A stretch of DNA of 64,000 nucleotides from Fidelibacterota bacterium (GTDB lineage Bacteria > Fidelibacterota > UBA8477 > JABMPR01): contig JABMOS010000019.1 of the NCBI GenBank assembly GCA_013203185.1, forward strand, positions 4,405-68,404, given 5' to 3'. Position 1 is the first letter of the stretch, and each line of letters opens with the position of its first letter. Of this stretch, positions 45,554-54,759 are shown piece after piece. Under the pieces are notes generated by a model. The model ran no database searches. It was not told the DNA's origin and saw only the letters and a list, made by a program, of their open reading frames with translations. Position numbers and translations under genes: made by a program.

Positions 45554-48500
45554 TCAGCTTGTTCCCTGCGCCTTTAATTCCTGCATGGCAGGTTCAATAT
45601 CCTCTGGAGTAACACTTACCCCGTGATAAAGCTTCATCCACAGCACTCTAACCTTATTGGTCACAAGGTAACCGGCGGGTAAAACCACCAAGATAAGGAA
45701 GGTTCCAAAAAGTAGGCCGTAGGCCAGGGAAATCGCCATGGGAATCAGAAACTGGGCCTGGCGACTGGTTTCAAAAATTAATGGGGCTAATCCAAATGCA
45801 GTGGTGAAAGTGGTTAGTAGAATAGGTCGCAAACGGCTCACACCGGCATCAAATACAGCATCATACAACAGCATCCCCTCTCGCAGATTTCGATTGATCT
45901 TATCAACTAGAACAATGCTATCATTTACAATTATACCCGTGAGTGCAAGAATACCATATATGGAAAGCGTATTCACCTGAATGCCATGCAATCCGTGGCC
46001 CCAGAAGGCACCAATAACCCCAAAGGGAATTAAGCCAAAGATGAGTAGGGCCTGGATATAGGATCGGAAGACCAGGATCAAGAGAATGAACATCCCTGCA
46101 AACGCCAGAGGGAAAGTTCGCTGAAAACTGGCACCTGTCTTTGCCTGATCCCGGGATTGACCTTCATATGAGACCGTTACACCCTGAACCTGCCCCAGAA
46201 CCCTTGGTATCACCTGTTCACGAATCTCTGCCAAAATGGGAGGAAGATCCAGACTGGCGTCTGAGAGGTCAGCCTCAACGGTGAGCTCTCGTTTTTTATC
46301 CAGGTGGCTGATCGAGGTAATACCCCGCTTTAAAGTATACTCGGCCAGCTCGCCAAAGGGATATTCAGACCCATCTTGAGTCCTAATTTGCATGCGGTCA
46401 AGAAAACCGAGAGAGGAGCGATCCTCAGGTGAATATCTAACCCAGACACGCACCTCATCCTGACCACGCTGAATACGCTGAACTTCCTGGCCAAAGAAAC
46501 CCTGACGGACCTGCCCGGCCACATCTCTTAAAGTAAGGCCCAGTGAATATGCACGGGGTTTCAAGGAAATATCGATCTCCCGCCTGCCTTCTTTGCTACC
46601 CAGGGAGACATCTTGCAGAGTAGAGAATTGTTCAAGCTCCTCAGTAAGAAGAACACTGGCTTTTCTAAGTTCATCAATATTGCTACCCAGCAGACTTACC
46701 TGGACTGGCTTACCAAAGAAACTGGCCCGGCCAAATGATATCTTTTGCGCCTCTGGAACAGATCCGATGGCCTCTCGAAGCCTGTTGCCTATGATATAAC
46801 TATCCATACCTCTTTTCTCGCCATCCAGCAACTGCAAAGTCAATTTTCCAGCATGGCTCCCATTATCCCCAAAATCATTGGCGCCTATATCACGCTTGAT
46901 GCCCAGAATGAGTTGCTCCCCATCCTCGCGCTCAGCGCTCATCTCCGTATTGACCTCCCAAACCACGGTCTCAATCTTCCTTAATATCCGATCCACATCT
47001 GCCTCTTGTCGGCCAGCCACAAGGCTGACATTCACAGGCAGGGTATCTCCATCAATAAAAGGGAAAAATGTAAAACCGATGAAACCGCCGCTGAAAAGCC
47101 CCATAGTAACCAGTACTGTAGCAATCGGTGCACTAACAGTGATCCATTTGTGATCAAGGGCGAATTTTAAGGAGGGTGCATACATCCCATGGGTCATAAA
47201 ATGAATGATTTTTTCGATCCGTTTTCTCACCGCCGAATCTTTTGCGTGATCATGTAACCCTTTGGAGTGTGCCAGGTGGGCCGGAAGAATGAGAAATGAC
47301 TCTATGAGTGAAAAAATGAGAGCTGCAACAACTACTGCAGCCAGATTCCAGATAAAGCGACCTAAAAAACCATCCAGATAAAAGAAGGGAAGAAAGACCA
47401 GAATGGTTGTCATTACAGAAGTTGTGACTGGACCCACCATGATAATAGTTCCGTCAATGGCAGCCCGTATACCCTTTTTACCCTGCTCAAATTGAGAGAA
47501 GATTGATTCAGAGACAACGATTGCATCATCTACTAAAATTCCGATGACAATGATCATCCCAAAAAGGGAGATAACATTTAGAGTAATCCCGGCAAAACTT
47601 AAGACCAGGAACATACCTGCAAATGAGAAAGGAATACCTATGGCGACCCAGAAAGATATCCGTAGATTGAGGAAAAAGCTCAAACTCAGAACCACCAGAA
47701 TTAATCCGATAAACCCATTATTAATCAAGAGATCAATACGTTGCCGCAAGCTGATAGTATTGTCATTCAGCACCATGGCTTCTATGACCGTATTCTCCTC
47801 GTTAAATTCTATGACCATCTGCTTGGCCAGGGCAGCCACTTCAAGCACATTTTCTTCTTTGGTCTTGTCAATGTTCAAAACAACAGCTGTTTGATTGTTA
47901 TAATAGGTCTTATCAGGTGTGTCTGCCCAGCGCTCGCGAACAGTGGCTACATCTTTGAGATAGATCAGATTGCCATCACTATCCCCCCTAAGAACTAACT
48001 TTTCAAGATTTGCAGCTGTGTATTCCCTTCCATAGGCTCGAATGAGAATTTCTTCATCCAGGGTTTCAAATTTACCTCCGGATAGATTGACATTTTCAGC
48101 TTGTACTCTACGAGATATCTCATCAAAGGAGAGTTTATACCGCCTCAGATCCGCTTCAGAAACTTCAATTGAAATCTCAACACCTGGATATCCTTGAATA
48201 GCTACCTGGGAAATCGTAGGTGTTGCAATGAGACGGTCCCGTAAATCCTCGGCATAGATCTTCATTGTTCGAAGGTCTGTTTCTCCGAAGAGGACGATTG
48301 ATAGCGCTCGACTCCGAAATTTTCGCTGAAATACAACAGGTTTCTCTGCGCCAAGAGGGAAGGAACTGATACGATCCACTGCATTTTTAACTTCAGTTAG
48401 GACCTTGTCCATATCAGCACCACTGATGGTTTCCACACTTACAAGTCCAACATTTTCACTTGAGGTGGAAGTGACTCTGTCAATCCCATCCAGTCCATCC

Positions 48501-48715
48501 AGGTTTTCTTCTATTTTGAGGATCACACCTTCTTCAACTTCCTCAGGTGAAGCCCCAGGATAAAGAACTTGAATGGAAATCTGACTTGGTTCTATCTCCG
48601 GAAATGTTGAATATCGGAGATTACTGAGAGCGATCCCTCCAAACAACAATACCGAAAATAGCAAAACATTGGTCCAGATGGGGTACCGAGCAAAAAATTC
48701 AATGACACGTCTCAT
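45554..48715 (-). CDS. RND efflux permease (AcrB family), second copy
   Basis: 1053 aa. MRRVIEFFARYPIWTNVLLFSVLLFG. 12-TM/two-periplasmic-loop layout. Conserved GILVDDAIVVSESI and IIVNDSIVLVDKINR motifs. Confidence 0.9.
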   Translation of the reverse strand: MRRVIEFFARYPIWTNVLLFSVLLFGGIALSNLRYSTFPEIEPSQISIQVLYPGASPEEVEEGVILKIEENLDGLDGIDRVTSTSSENVGLVSVETISGADMDKVLTEVKNAVDRISSFPLGAEKPVVFQRKFRSRALSIVLFGETDLRTMKIYAEDLRDRLIATPTISQVAIQGYPGVEISIEVSEADLRRYKLSFDEISRRVQAENVNLSGGKFETLDEEILIRAYGREYTAANLEKLVLRGDSDGNLIYLKDVATVRERWADTPDKTYYNNQTAVVLNIDKTKEENVLEVAALAKQMVIEFNEENTVIEAMVLNDNTISLRQRIDLLINNGFIGLILVVLSLSFFLNLRISFWVAIGIPFSFAGMFLVLSFAGITLNVISLFGMIIVIGILVDDAIVVSESIFSQFEQGKKGIRAAIDGTIIMVGPVTTSVMTTILVFLPFFYLDGFLGRFIWNLAAVVVAALIFSLIESFLILPAHLAHSKGLHDHAKDSAVRKRIEKIIHFMTHGMYAPSLKFALDHKWITVSAPIATVLVTMGLFSGGFIGFTFFPFIDGDTLPVNVSLVAGRQEADVDRILRKIETVVWEVNTEMSAEREDGEQLILGIKRDIGANDFGDNGSHAGKLTLQLLDGEKRGMDSYIIGNRLREAIGSVPEAQKISFGRASFFGKPVQVSLLGSNIDELRKASVLLTEELEQFSTLQDVSLGSKEGRREIDISLKPRAYSLGLTLRDVAGQVRQGFFGQEVQRIQRGQDEVRVWVRYSPEDRSSLGFLDRMQIRTQDGSEYPFGELAEYTLKRGITSISHLDKKRELTVEADLSDASLDLPPILAEIREQVIPRVLGQVQGVTVSYEGQSRDQAKTGASFQRTFPLAFAGMFILLILVFRSYIQALLIFGLIPFGVIGAFWGHGLHGIQVNTLSIYGILALTGIIVNDSIVLVDKINRNLREGMLLYDAVFDAGVSRLRPILLTTFTTAFGLAPLIFETSRQAQFLIPMAISLAYGLLFGTFLILVVLPAGYLVTNKVRVLWMKLYHGVSVTPEDIEPAMQELKAQGTS

Positions 48716-48723
48716 GTTCGATC

Positions 48724-49887
48724 CTAGATCTCTACATCAAGACTTGGTATAGGTTTGGCCGGCATACCAGCTGAGACACCCTGGAGGAGCTCTGAAACCA
48801 ACGTGTCGCCAGGTGCCAATCCGTCATTGAGGATATAGAAGTCCCCTTCTTCAAAGGCTATTCCAATCTCCTGATAGACGAACTTTGAATCTTTCACCAA
48901 GAAAACATAGGACTCTTCATAAACCGCTTTTCGAGAAACTTTCATCGCATTAGGAATGTTTTTGGCCACGATATCAGCTCTTAGAAATATGCCGGCGGTA
49001 GGTGTCACATTTGCAGTGTCATCCAATTTTATGTAGGCAAATATTGACTGGGATCTTGTATCGATAACATTGCCAATCCGGTCGATATGACCCAGCCACT
49101 TGATGGAGCCATCTGGTGTGGTCAGATTCACTTTTGAATTGGCTTTGATCCAGGCGATATCAGCTGCAGGGACCTGTATTTCTACTTCCAGTTCATCCAG
49201 GTTGATGATTTCAGCCAGGCGAGTTCCAGGGGCAGCAGTGCTTCCTACTCTGAGCTGGGCACTGACGATGGAGCCGTTGAATGGAGCATAGAAATAGTGC
49301 TTGGCCGCACGAATCTCAAGATCTTGAACAGCAAAATATAATTTATAGATGTTATAGCGAGCCAGGAGGGCTTTTAATCTCTGGTCATCCGCGCCTGGGA
49401 GAGGTCCGATAGAATTGTCAAAATTGATGGAATCAAAATAGGTTTGCCACGTTTGAAAGATCTCAGGGGTACTGACCTTAATCTCTGGCATGAGGGTCGC
49501 GAGAGCAGTGAGTAGATCACTTTTTGTACTATTCAGCTGCAACTTGATCTGGCGGTCATCAACCTTGAGCAGGAGGTCTCCTTTTCTAAAGGATTGAGCC
49601 GGCTGGAATTTGATAGTACCAGGCTTGAGTGTCCCAGATACCTCGCTTATCAAACTCACTGGTTGACTCGAAGCAAGGGTTCCAAAGGTTGTTAGCCTGG
49701 CTTGAACATCCCCTAACTCTACGATCCGTGTTTCCACAAGACGCGGTTTAACCATGGCTGTACGTTTGGGCTGATCATCCTTAAAAGACGCAAGTACCTT
49801 CATGATCAGAAATGCGAGGATCAAGACAATCACAGGTGATACTACTATTAATTTGCGTTTCATTTTTTTCCTTTTTCCATCATCCAC
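48724..49887 (-). CDS. RND efflux periplasmic adaptor (MFP/HlyD family), second copy
   Basis: N-terminal TM anchor, lipoyl-like hairpin (FRKGDLLLKVDD ... YFYAPFNGSIV), beta-barrel C-terminus. 8 nt upstream of the RND gene. Confidence 0.8.
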   Translation of the reverse strand: MDDGKRKKMKRKLIVVSPVIVLILAFLIMKVLASFKDDQPKRTAMVKPRLVETRIVELGDVQARLTTFGTLASSQPVSLISEVSGTLKPGTIKFQPAQSFRKGDLLLKVDDRQIKLQLNSTKSDLLTALATLMPEIKVSTPEIFQTWQTYFDSINFDNSIGPLPGADDQRLKALLARYNIYKLYFAVQDLEIRAAKHYFYAPFNGSIVSAQLRVGSTAAPGTRLAEIINLDELEVEIQVPAADIAWIKANSKVNLTTPDGSIKWLGHIDRIGNVIDTRSQSIFAYIKLDDTANVTPTAGIFLRADIVAKNIPNAMKVSRKAVYEESYVFLVKDSKFVYQEIGIAFEEGDFYILNDGLAPGDTLVSELLQGVSAGMPAKPIPSLDVEI

Positions 49888-50086
49888 TGGGGATAAAGTT
49901 TATTCGTCAATCATAAAATGTGCGATATGCGCGTTTTATCTTAATACTATTTCACTCTAAGTCAAGGAAACCCTTTTACTTAATAAACTCAATTAATCCA
50001 ATGCAAAATTCGCAAAATACCTACCTCGAAAGTTCCAGAACTTTGATTTTCGTAGACACTCTTATTTTGATGAAATAGCGGTGAGT

Positions 50087-51049
50087 TTAGTCTAGAAACC
50101 TGGGACGTTGGTAAGTCGCTTGAACAGGTCTAAGACGTTTCATAGTATTAGTTCGTGGTGCCGTAAGCAATGCTTTTGTCACATCAACTCTTATGGTGTA
50201 GGCACCCTTCTCATCATCTTCAGAATTACCTGGATCCAGGTAGTCCCAGTATTTTTTTACAATAAAATAATAATTACCTGAAACCCCACAGGTCCATTCC
50301 AGTCTGGGGTCTACGTTTGACGAGGTTTGGTCGTCATTGTAGCTAATGCTATCACCACTTTCAGAATAAAGTGATATGGTCAAATCAATATCCGTACTTG
50401 GACCTGCCTCAGCTTCAATGATATAACTGGTTCCCCCAAGCGCTTCAAAAATGTAATAGTCCTCATCATCACAGAAGGCCGAGTAGTGATTTTGTATGGT
50501 CCCAGCAGCAGAAATAGAGGTCGCCTGACTTAAAGTTCCATCTGGCTCATACGTGTCATTTGTGAGCTGTGAAAGATCCGACCATGAGGGAGGGGGAATA
50601 TCGGATCCATATTCAATAAGGGTGAGCACATCATTGTCACTATTTAGGGTGAGCAGCACATCACTTATACTATAGTAAAGGTCCGTACCATCTTCAAAAA
50701 CAATTGATGTATCTGTTACTGAATCAATTAGTCTTATATCCAGATTAAAGGTTGAGTCACATTGATTTATTTCGTTTTCATAGGATAAATAATTGTCTTC
50801 AGAGATGTCAATTATCCAGGCCTCTTCAAGGGGTTTTGCACTATAGTCAGTGGTTGTCCCCTCAATGGTTGCAGTTTGAACAATATAATCTCCAACAATA
50901 TCTGAGGTGTAGTCAATGACAGCATCCTCACATGCCACCATAACTAGTCCCAAATAAAACAAGCTACCTATCTTTAGCCATCGATTCAAATCTGATCCTT
51001 TAAAGTTATACGCGCTTGCAAAAACTATCTCTCCAGAGAAGACATGCAA
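50087..51049 (-). CDS. Hypothetical lipoprotein with C-terminal pre-peptidase (PPC)-like domain
   Basis: Lipobox-like LGLVMVAC. C-terminal YEPDGTLSQATSI...DEDYYIFEALGGTSYIIEA......DLTISLY...G......DD......DPRLEW....SGNYYFIV........GAYTIRV matches the PPC/bacterial pre-peptidase C-terminal pattern. The true start is uncertain. Confidence 0.55.
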   Translation of the reverse strand: MHVFSGEIVFASAYNFKGSDLNRWLKIGSLFYLGLVMVACEDAVIDYTSDIVGDYIVQTATIEGTTTDYSAKPLEEAWIIDISEDNYLSYENEINQCDSTFNLDIRLIDSVTDTSIVFEDGTDLYYSISDVLLTLNSDNDVLTLIEYGSDIPPPSWSDLSQLTNDTYEPDGTLSQATSISAAGTIQNHYSAFCDDEDYYIFEALGGTSYIIEAEAGPSTDIDLTISLYSESGDSISYNDDQTSSNVDPRLEWTCGVSGNYYFIVKKYWDYLDPGNSEDDEKGAYTIRVDVTKALLTAPRTNTMKRLRPVQATYQRPRFLD

Positions 51050-51193
51050 TAACTATTGTGAGCCGAATAGGAATTTGCTCCGCTTACAATTGTGGATTTC
51101 CAGATGTACGCTTTGTCATTTAGATGACAGTAAGTATTTCAGGTGCTGAGTATTCTCATGGCAGAAGTTAAAACTCGTTGAAAGGAGTTAATT

Positions 51194-51730
51194 TTGAAAC
51201 TGAAATATTTGAGTACCCTGATTGTCACCCTTCTCCCACTACTAAGCTGGGCAAATATCACCATTACTGAGGCCAATGGGACCTTTGAGGGTCTGGGCCA
51301 CGCCAGAACGCACGACTTCCCTGTGGTAGCCCGAATTTTCACAGTTGCTGTGAGTGATGCTGATACCAGCGGAAACCGATCCGTCAGTGTTGAGGTATCG
51401 GTGAATGACCTTCATACAGGGAATGGCATGCGTGATTCCCATATGCGTATGTCGGTTTTAGACCGAAAAAAGCATCCTCTCATAACCTTTAAATCTGAAG
51501 TGAACTTACCTGAATTTAAGCCTGGCGAGGTTCCCCTGGCTGGTAATCTTCAAGTCAATGGGATAACAAAGCCCTATACGTTGATGCTGAATCTGAACCA
51601 GGTAGCAGGAAAATGGAATGCCACTGGCAGTTTTCTCATCATACCGACTGATTTTGATTTACCCCTGGTTGGAATGGGCCCCATGAAAGTGCTTGATAAA
51701 GTAAATTTGGACCTGGATATTACTTTTTAG
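51194..51730 (+). CDS. YceI-like periplasmic protein
   Basis: Signal peptide. VSVNDLHTGNGMRDSHMR..VLD..KHPLITFKS ... NLQVNGITKP resembles the YceI family pattern. Confidence 0.6.
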   Translation: MKLKYLSTLIVTLLPLLSWANITITEANGTFEGLGHARTHDFPVVARIFTVAVSDADTSGNRSVSVEVSVNDLHTGNGMRDSHMRMSVLDRKKHPLITFKSEVNLPEFKPGEVPLAGNLQVNGITKPYTLMLNLNQVAGKWNATGSFLIIPTDFDLPLVGMGPMKVLDKVNLDLDITF

Positions 51731-51768
51731 CAGGCTATTAGCTGCATTTTTCAATTGTAAGTTCAAGG

Positions 51769-51803
51769 GCACCCTGTTTTTAATACTAATTCAGGGTGCT
51801 TTT
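51769..51803 (+). terminator. Terminator hairpin after the yceI-like gene
   Basis: GCACCCTG (51769..51776) pairs with CAGGGTGC (51792..51799), followed by TTTTG. Confidence 0.55.
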
Positions 51804-51863
51804 GTTAAGTTGAACCACCTTACAATCACAAAGAAAATAGAATACTAAGGCTTTGAATCAGTT

Positions 51864-53138
51864 ATGACAATTTCAGGGGAAAATCAGGATTTAAGAGGGC
51901 TGTTTATTGACAGGTACAATAGGGTTCGAGGATTTACCGAGCAACTATGTGAGCCCCTGGAGAAGGAAGATTATGTCATCCAATCCATGCCTGATGTAAG
52001 CCCAACACGCTGGCACCTGGCCCATACCAGCTGGTTTTTTGAAACCTTTATACTCAAACCAGAACTCAAGAATTATAAGACCCCGAACGAGCTCTACAAT
52101 TATCTCTTCAACTCCTACTATAATGCAGTTGGTCAACAGTTCCCACGGCCTCAAAGAGGACTCCTGAGCCGTCCAACCGTTAAGGAAGTTTTTGCCTATC
52201 GTCATCATGTCGATGAGGAAATGCTTCGCCTTTTTGAGACGCTAGATGAACACAAAATATCGGCGCTTGAATCAATTCTTATTTTAGGTTTAAACCATGA
52301 GCAGCAGCACCAGGAACTCATGCTCACTGATATCAAGCATGTCTTTTTTAAAAATCCGCTTTACCCGTCCTACTCTCAAATTGTTCAGGTAAATGGGTCA
52401 CACAGCTCCGAAGAATTACAGTGGTCATCTTTCCCAGGCGCGCGGGTTCAACATGGATTCTCAGGAGGCAGCTTCAGTTTTGACAATGAAACACCCCGAC
52501 ATGATGTTCTCATTCAACCTTTTGAATTAGGCAATCGGCTTGTGACCAACCGCGAGTATCTGTCGTTCATGGGAGATGGCGGATATAGTCAGGCAGCTCT
52601 CTGGCTTTCTGATGGGTGGGCATTGATCAATAAAGACAACTGGAAAGCCCCCTTATATTGGGTTAAAAATGATGAAAATTGGTTTGAGTTTACCCTTGGC
52701 GGTCTCTCTCCGCTTCATCTTGACAACCCCGTCGCTCATATCAGTTATTATGAAGCTGATGCTTTTGCAAACTGGAGTGGGGCGCGACTACCCAGCGAAC
52801 ATGAGTGGGAATGCGCTGCACAAAATATCCAAATCCAGGGCAACTTTGTTCAGAGCCAATTATTTCAGCCTGCGCCATCAGATTCACCCACCAAATTAAG
52901 TCAAATGTTTGGGGATGTCTGGGAATGGACCCGCAGTCCCTACTCTCCCTATCCTGGATTTAAATCTGCCAGTGGTGCTGTCGGTGAATACAATGGGAAA
53001 TTCATGTCCAACCAAATGGTATTGCGGGGTGGCTCCTGCGTTAGCAGCTGTGACCATTTGCGACACACGTACCGTAACTTCTTTTATCCCCACTCACGCT
53101 GGCAGTTTATGGGCATTCGCCTAGCCAGGGATGTATAG
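51864..53138 (+). CDS. egtB: Ergothioneine biosynthesis sulfoxide synthase EgtB (DinB-like plus FGE-sulfatase-like domains)
   Basis: DinB-type metal site blocks SPTRWHLAHTSWFFETF and LNHEQQHQELMLTDIKH. FGE-like C-terminal domain (VTNREYLSFM, YYEADAFANWSGARLPSEHEWE, GDVWEWTRSPYSPYPGF, VLRGGSCVS). At 424 aa it lacks the extra methyltransferase domain of OvoA. Confidence 0.85.
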   Translation: MTISGENQDLRGLFIDRYNRVRGFTEQLCEPLEKEDYVIQSMPDVSPTRWHLAHTSWFFETFILKPELKNYKTPNELYNYLFNSYYNAVGQQFPRPQRGLLSRPTVKEVFAYRHHVDEEMLRLFETLDEHKISALESILILGLNHEQQHQELMLTDIKHVFFKNPLYPSYSQIVQVNGSHSSEELQWSSFPGARVQHGFSGGSFSFDNETPRHDVLIQPFELGNRLVTNREYLSFMGDGGYSQAALWLSDGWALINKDNWKAPLYWVKNDENWFEFTLGGLSPLHLDNPVAHISYYEADAFANWSGARLPSEHEWECAAQNIQIQGNFVQSQLFQPAPSDSPTKLSQMFGDVWEWTRSPYSPYPGFKSASGAVGEYNGKFMSNQMVLRGGSCVSSCDHLRHTYRNFFYPHSRWQFMGIRLARDV

Positions 53139-53147
53139 GACCTCCTT

Positions 53148-53993
53148 ATGACTTCACCGAAAACGCCCTGGAAGCAACTGCTACCCCTCAATGACAATCG
53201 ACTATTAGAGGCCCGAGGACAACTCCACCAGGCTGTTCAACTCCTGACTGCTGTGAATATTTCTTTTGTTGAGCACAAGGCTGATGATAGCCATACAGCA
53301 CTTCTGTGGGATTCTGACTCCCTGACTTTTTTGAGTCAACCCTTTGGACCTGGAAATAATTTTCAGATCGGCTTACGTCCGGAGGATTTAGCGTGCCTTG
53401 TCTTTCAAAATAATGAGATGTTATTAAATCTGAGATTGAATGGAACAACGCTGGAACAGGTTGCTTCAGATTTACAGTTCTTTCTGGAAGACCACGGCCT
53501 CACCAGGAATGTCTTTACCATGGAGAGACATTTTGAATTGCCAGCCTATCCAGATCGCTGGGCCAGTCCCTTCGATACATCGGATCAGGCTGCATTTGAT
53601 GTGCTTTCTAATGCCTATGCCAACGCATATCCAATGATCAATGAAATTGCCCACAAAGATAGCAGGGCTAGCACTCTGTTAACATGGCCCCATCATTTTG
53701 ACATGGCTGTTTTAATGACTCCCAGCGAGGGGAAATCCATCGGTGTGGGTATGTCACCTGGAGATGCCAGCTATACGAAACCCTACTACTATGTAAATAC
53801 TTGGCCTTACCCATCTGATGATCAAGTGAATGATAGACCTCTCACCTTTGGTAAGTGGCACACCGAAGACTGGAAGGGCATGGTCTTAACTCTGGATCAA
53901 ATCGATAATGCGAAAAAACCCGAAGCGCAAAAATCAATAGTGGAAACATTTCTAAAGGACTCCCTACACCACGCAACAGAGATTACTGAGTAA
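53148..53993 (+). CDS. Hypothetical protein inside the egt operon (possibly DUF5996-like, unverified)
   Basis: No signal peptide and no motif I can assign with confidence. Weak resemblance to my recollection of DUF5996 (WPHHFDMAVL, KPYYYVNTWPYP). 9 nt after egtB and 13 nt before the ABC ATPase. Confidence 0.5.
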   Translation: MTSPKTPWKQLLPLNDNRLLEARGQLHQAVQLLTAVNISFVEHKADDSHTALLWDSDSLTFLSQPFGPGNNFQIGLRPEDLACLVFQNNEMLLNLRLNGTTLEQVASDLQFFLEDHGLTRNVFTMERHFELPAYPDRWASPFDTSDQAAFDVLSNAYANAYPMINEIAHKDSRASTLLTWPHHFDMAVLMTPSEGKSIGVGMSPGDASYTKPYYYVNTWPYPSDDQVNDRPLTFGKWHTEDWKGMVLTLDQIDNAKKPEAQKSIVETFLKDSLHHATEITE

Positions 53994-54006
53994 GCCGCCA
54001 TATCGT

Positions 54007-54759
54007 ATGATACAACTTCGGGACATTAGCAAAAGTTTTAACGGGCATGAGGTCATTCATGACCTCTCTCTTGAGATACCTCAAGGCCAGACGGTGGTTC
54101 TCATTGGTCCCAGTGGATGTGGAAAATCTACACTCCTGAGACTCATGATCGGATTGTTATGGCCTGACAAGGGCAATATCTCTCTTTTTCAACAGGACTT
54201 ATCCAAAACCAATGTTGAAAAACTGCGCCAACAAGTAGGTTTTGTACTCCAGGATGGTGGATTGTTCCCCCATTTGACTGCAGTCCAGAACATGCGCCTT
54301 ATGGCAGACTATTTACATCATGATCCAAAGAAAATTGAACATCGTATTGCTGAATTATGTGAATTGACCCATATCTCTTCAGACCTGCTAAAACACTATC
54401 CCACTGAGTTATCAGGAGGTCAGGTTCAACGGATCGCCCTCATGCGTGCTCTCATGCTGGATCCCCAGATATTGTTTTTAGATGAACCATTGGGAGCGCT
54501 GGACCCCCTGAATAGGGTCAGTTTGCAGGAAGAGATGAAGAGTATCTTTAGTCAACTGGGGAAAACTGTGGTCCTGGTGACCCATGATATGGGGGAAGCT
54601 GCCTCGCTTGCTGACTTGATTGTGATAATGAAAGATGGTTATCTGCTTCAATATGATACCCTCTCCAATCTTTCAGCCCAGCCTGCAGATCCCTTTGTTA
54701 CCGAATTTATAAATGCCCAGAGAAAACCCTGGCAGCTCCTTGAGGATCAGATAAAATGA
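54007..54759 (+). CDS. ABC transporter ATP-binding protein, OpuBA/OpuCA (quaternary amine) type without CBS domains
   Basis: Walker A GPSGCGKST, Q-loop, signature LSGGQ, Walker B ILFLDEP, H-loop VTHD. The C-terminal PADPFVTEFI is typical of the betaine/choline family. ATGA overlap with the next gene. Confidence 0.85.
   Translation: MIQLRDISKSFNGHEVIHDLSLEIPQGQTVVLIGPSGCGKSTLLRLMIGLLWPDKGNISLFQQDLSKTNVEKLRQQVGFVLQDGGLFPHLTAVQNMRLMADYLHHDPKKIEHRIAELCELTHISSDLLKHYPTELSGGQVQRIALMRALMLDPQILFLDEPLGALDPLNRVSLQEEMKSIFSQLGKTVVLVTHDMGEAASLADLIVIMKDGYLLQYDTLSNLSAQPADPFVTEFINAQRKPWQLLEDQIK

Noticed and set aside
51864-53138. OvoA (ovothiol synthase) instead of EgtB
   Set aside because: The protein is 424 aa and lacks the C-terminal SAM-methyltransferase domain characteristic of OvoA. 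A canonical EgtD histidine methyltransferase is in the same operon.
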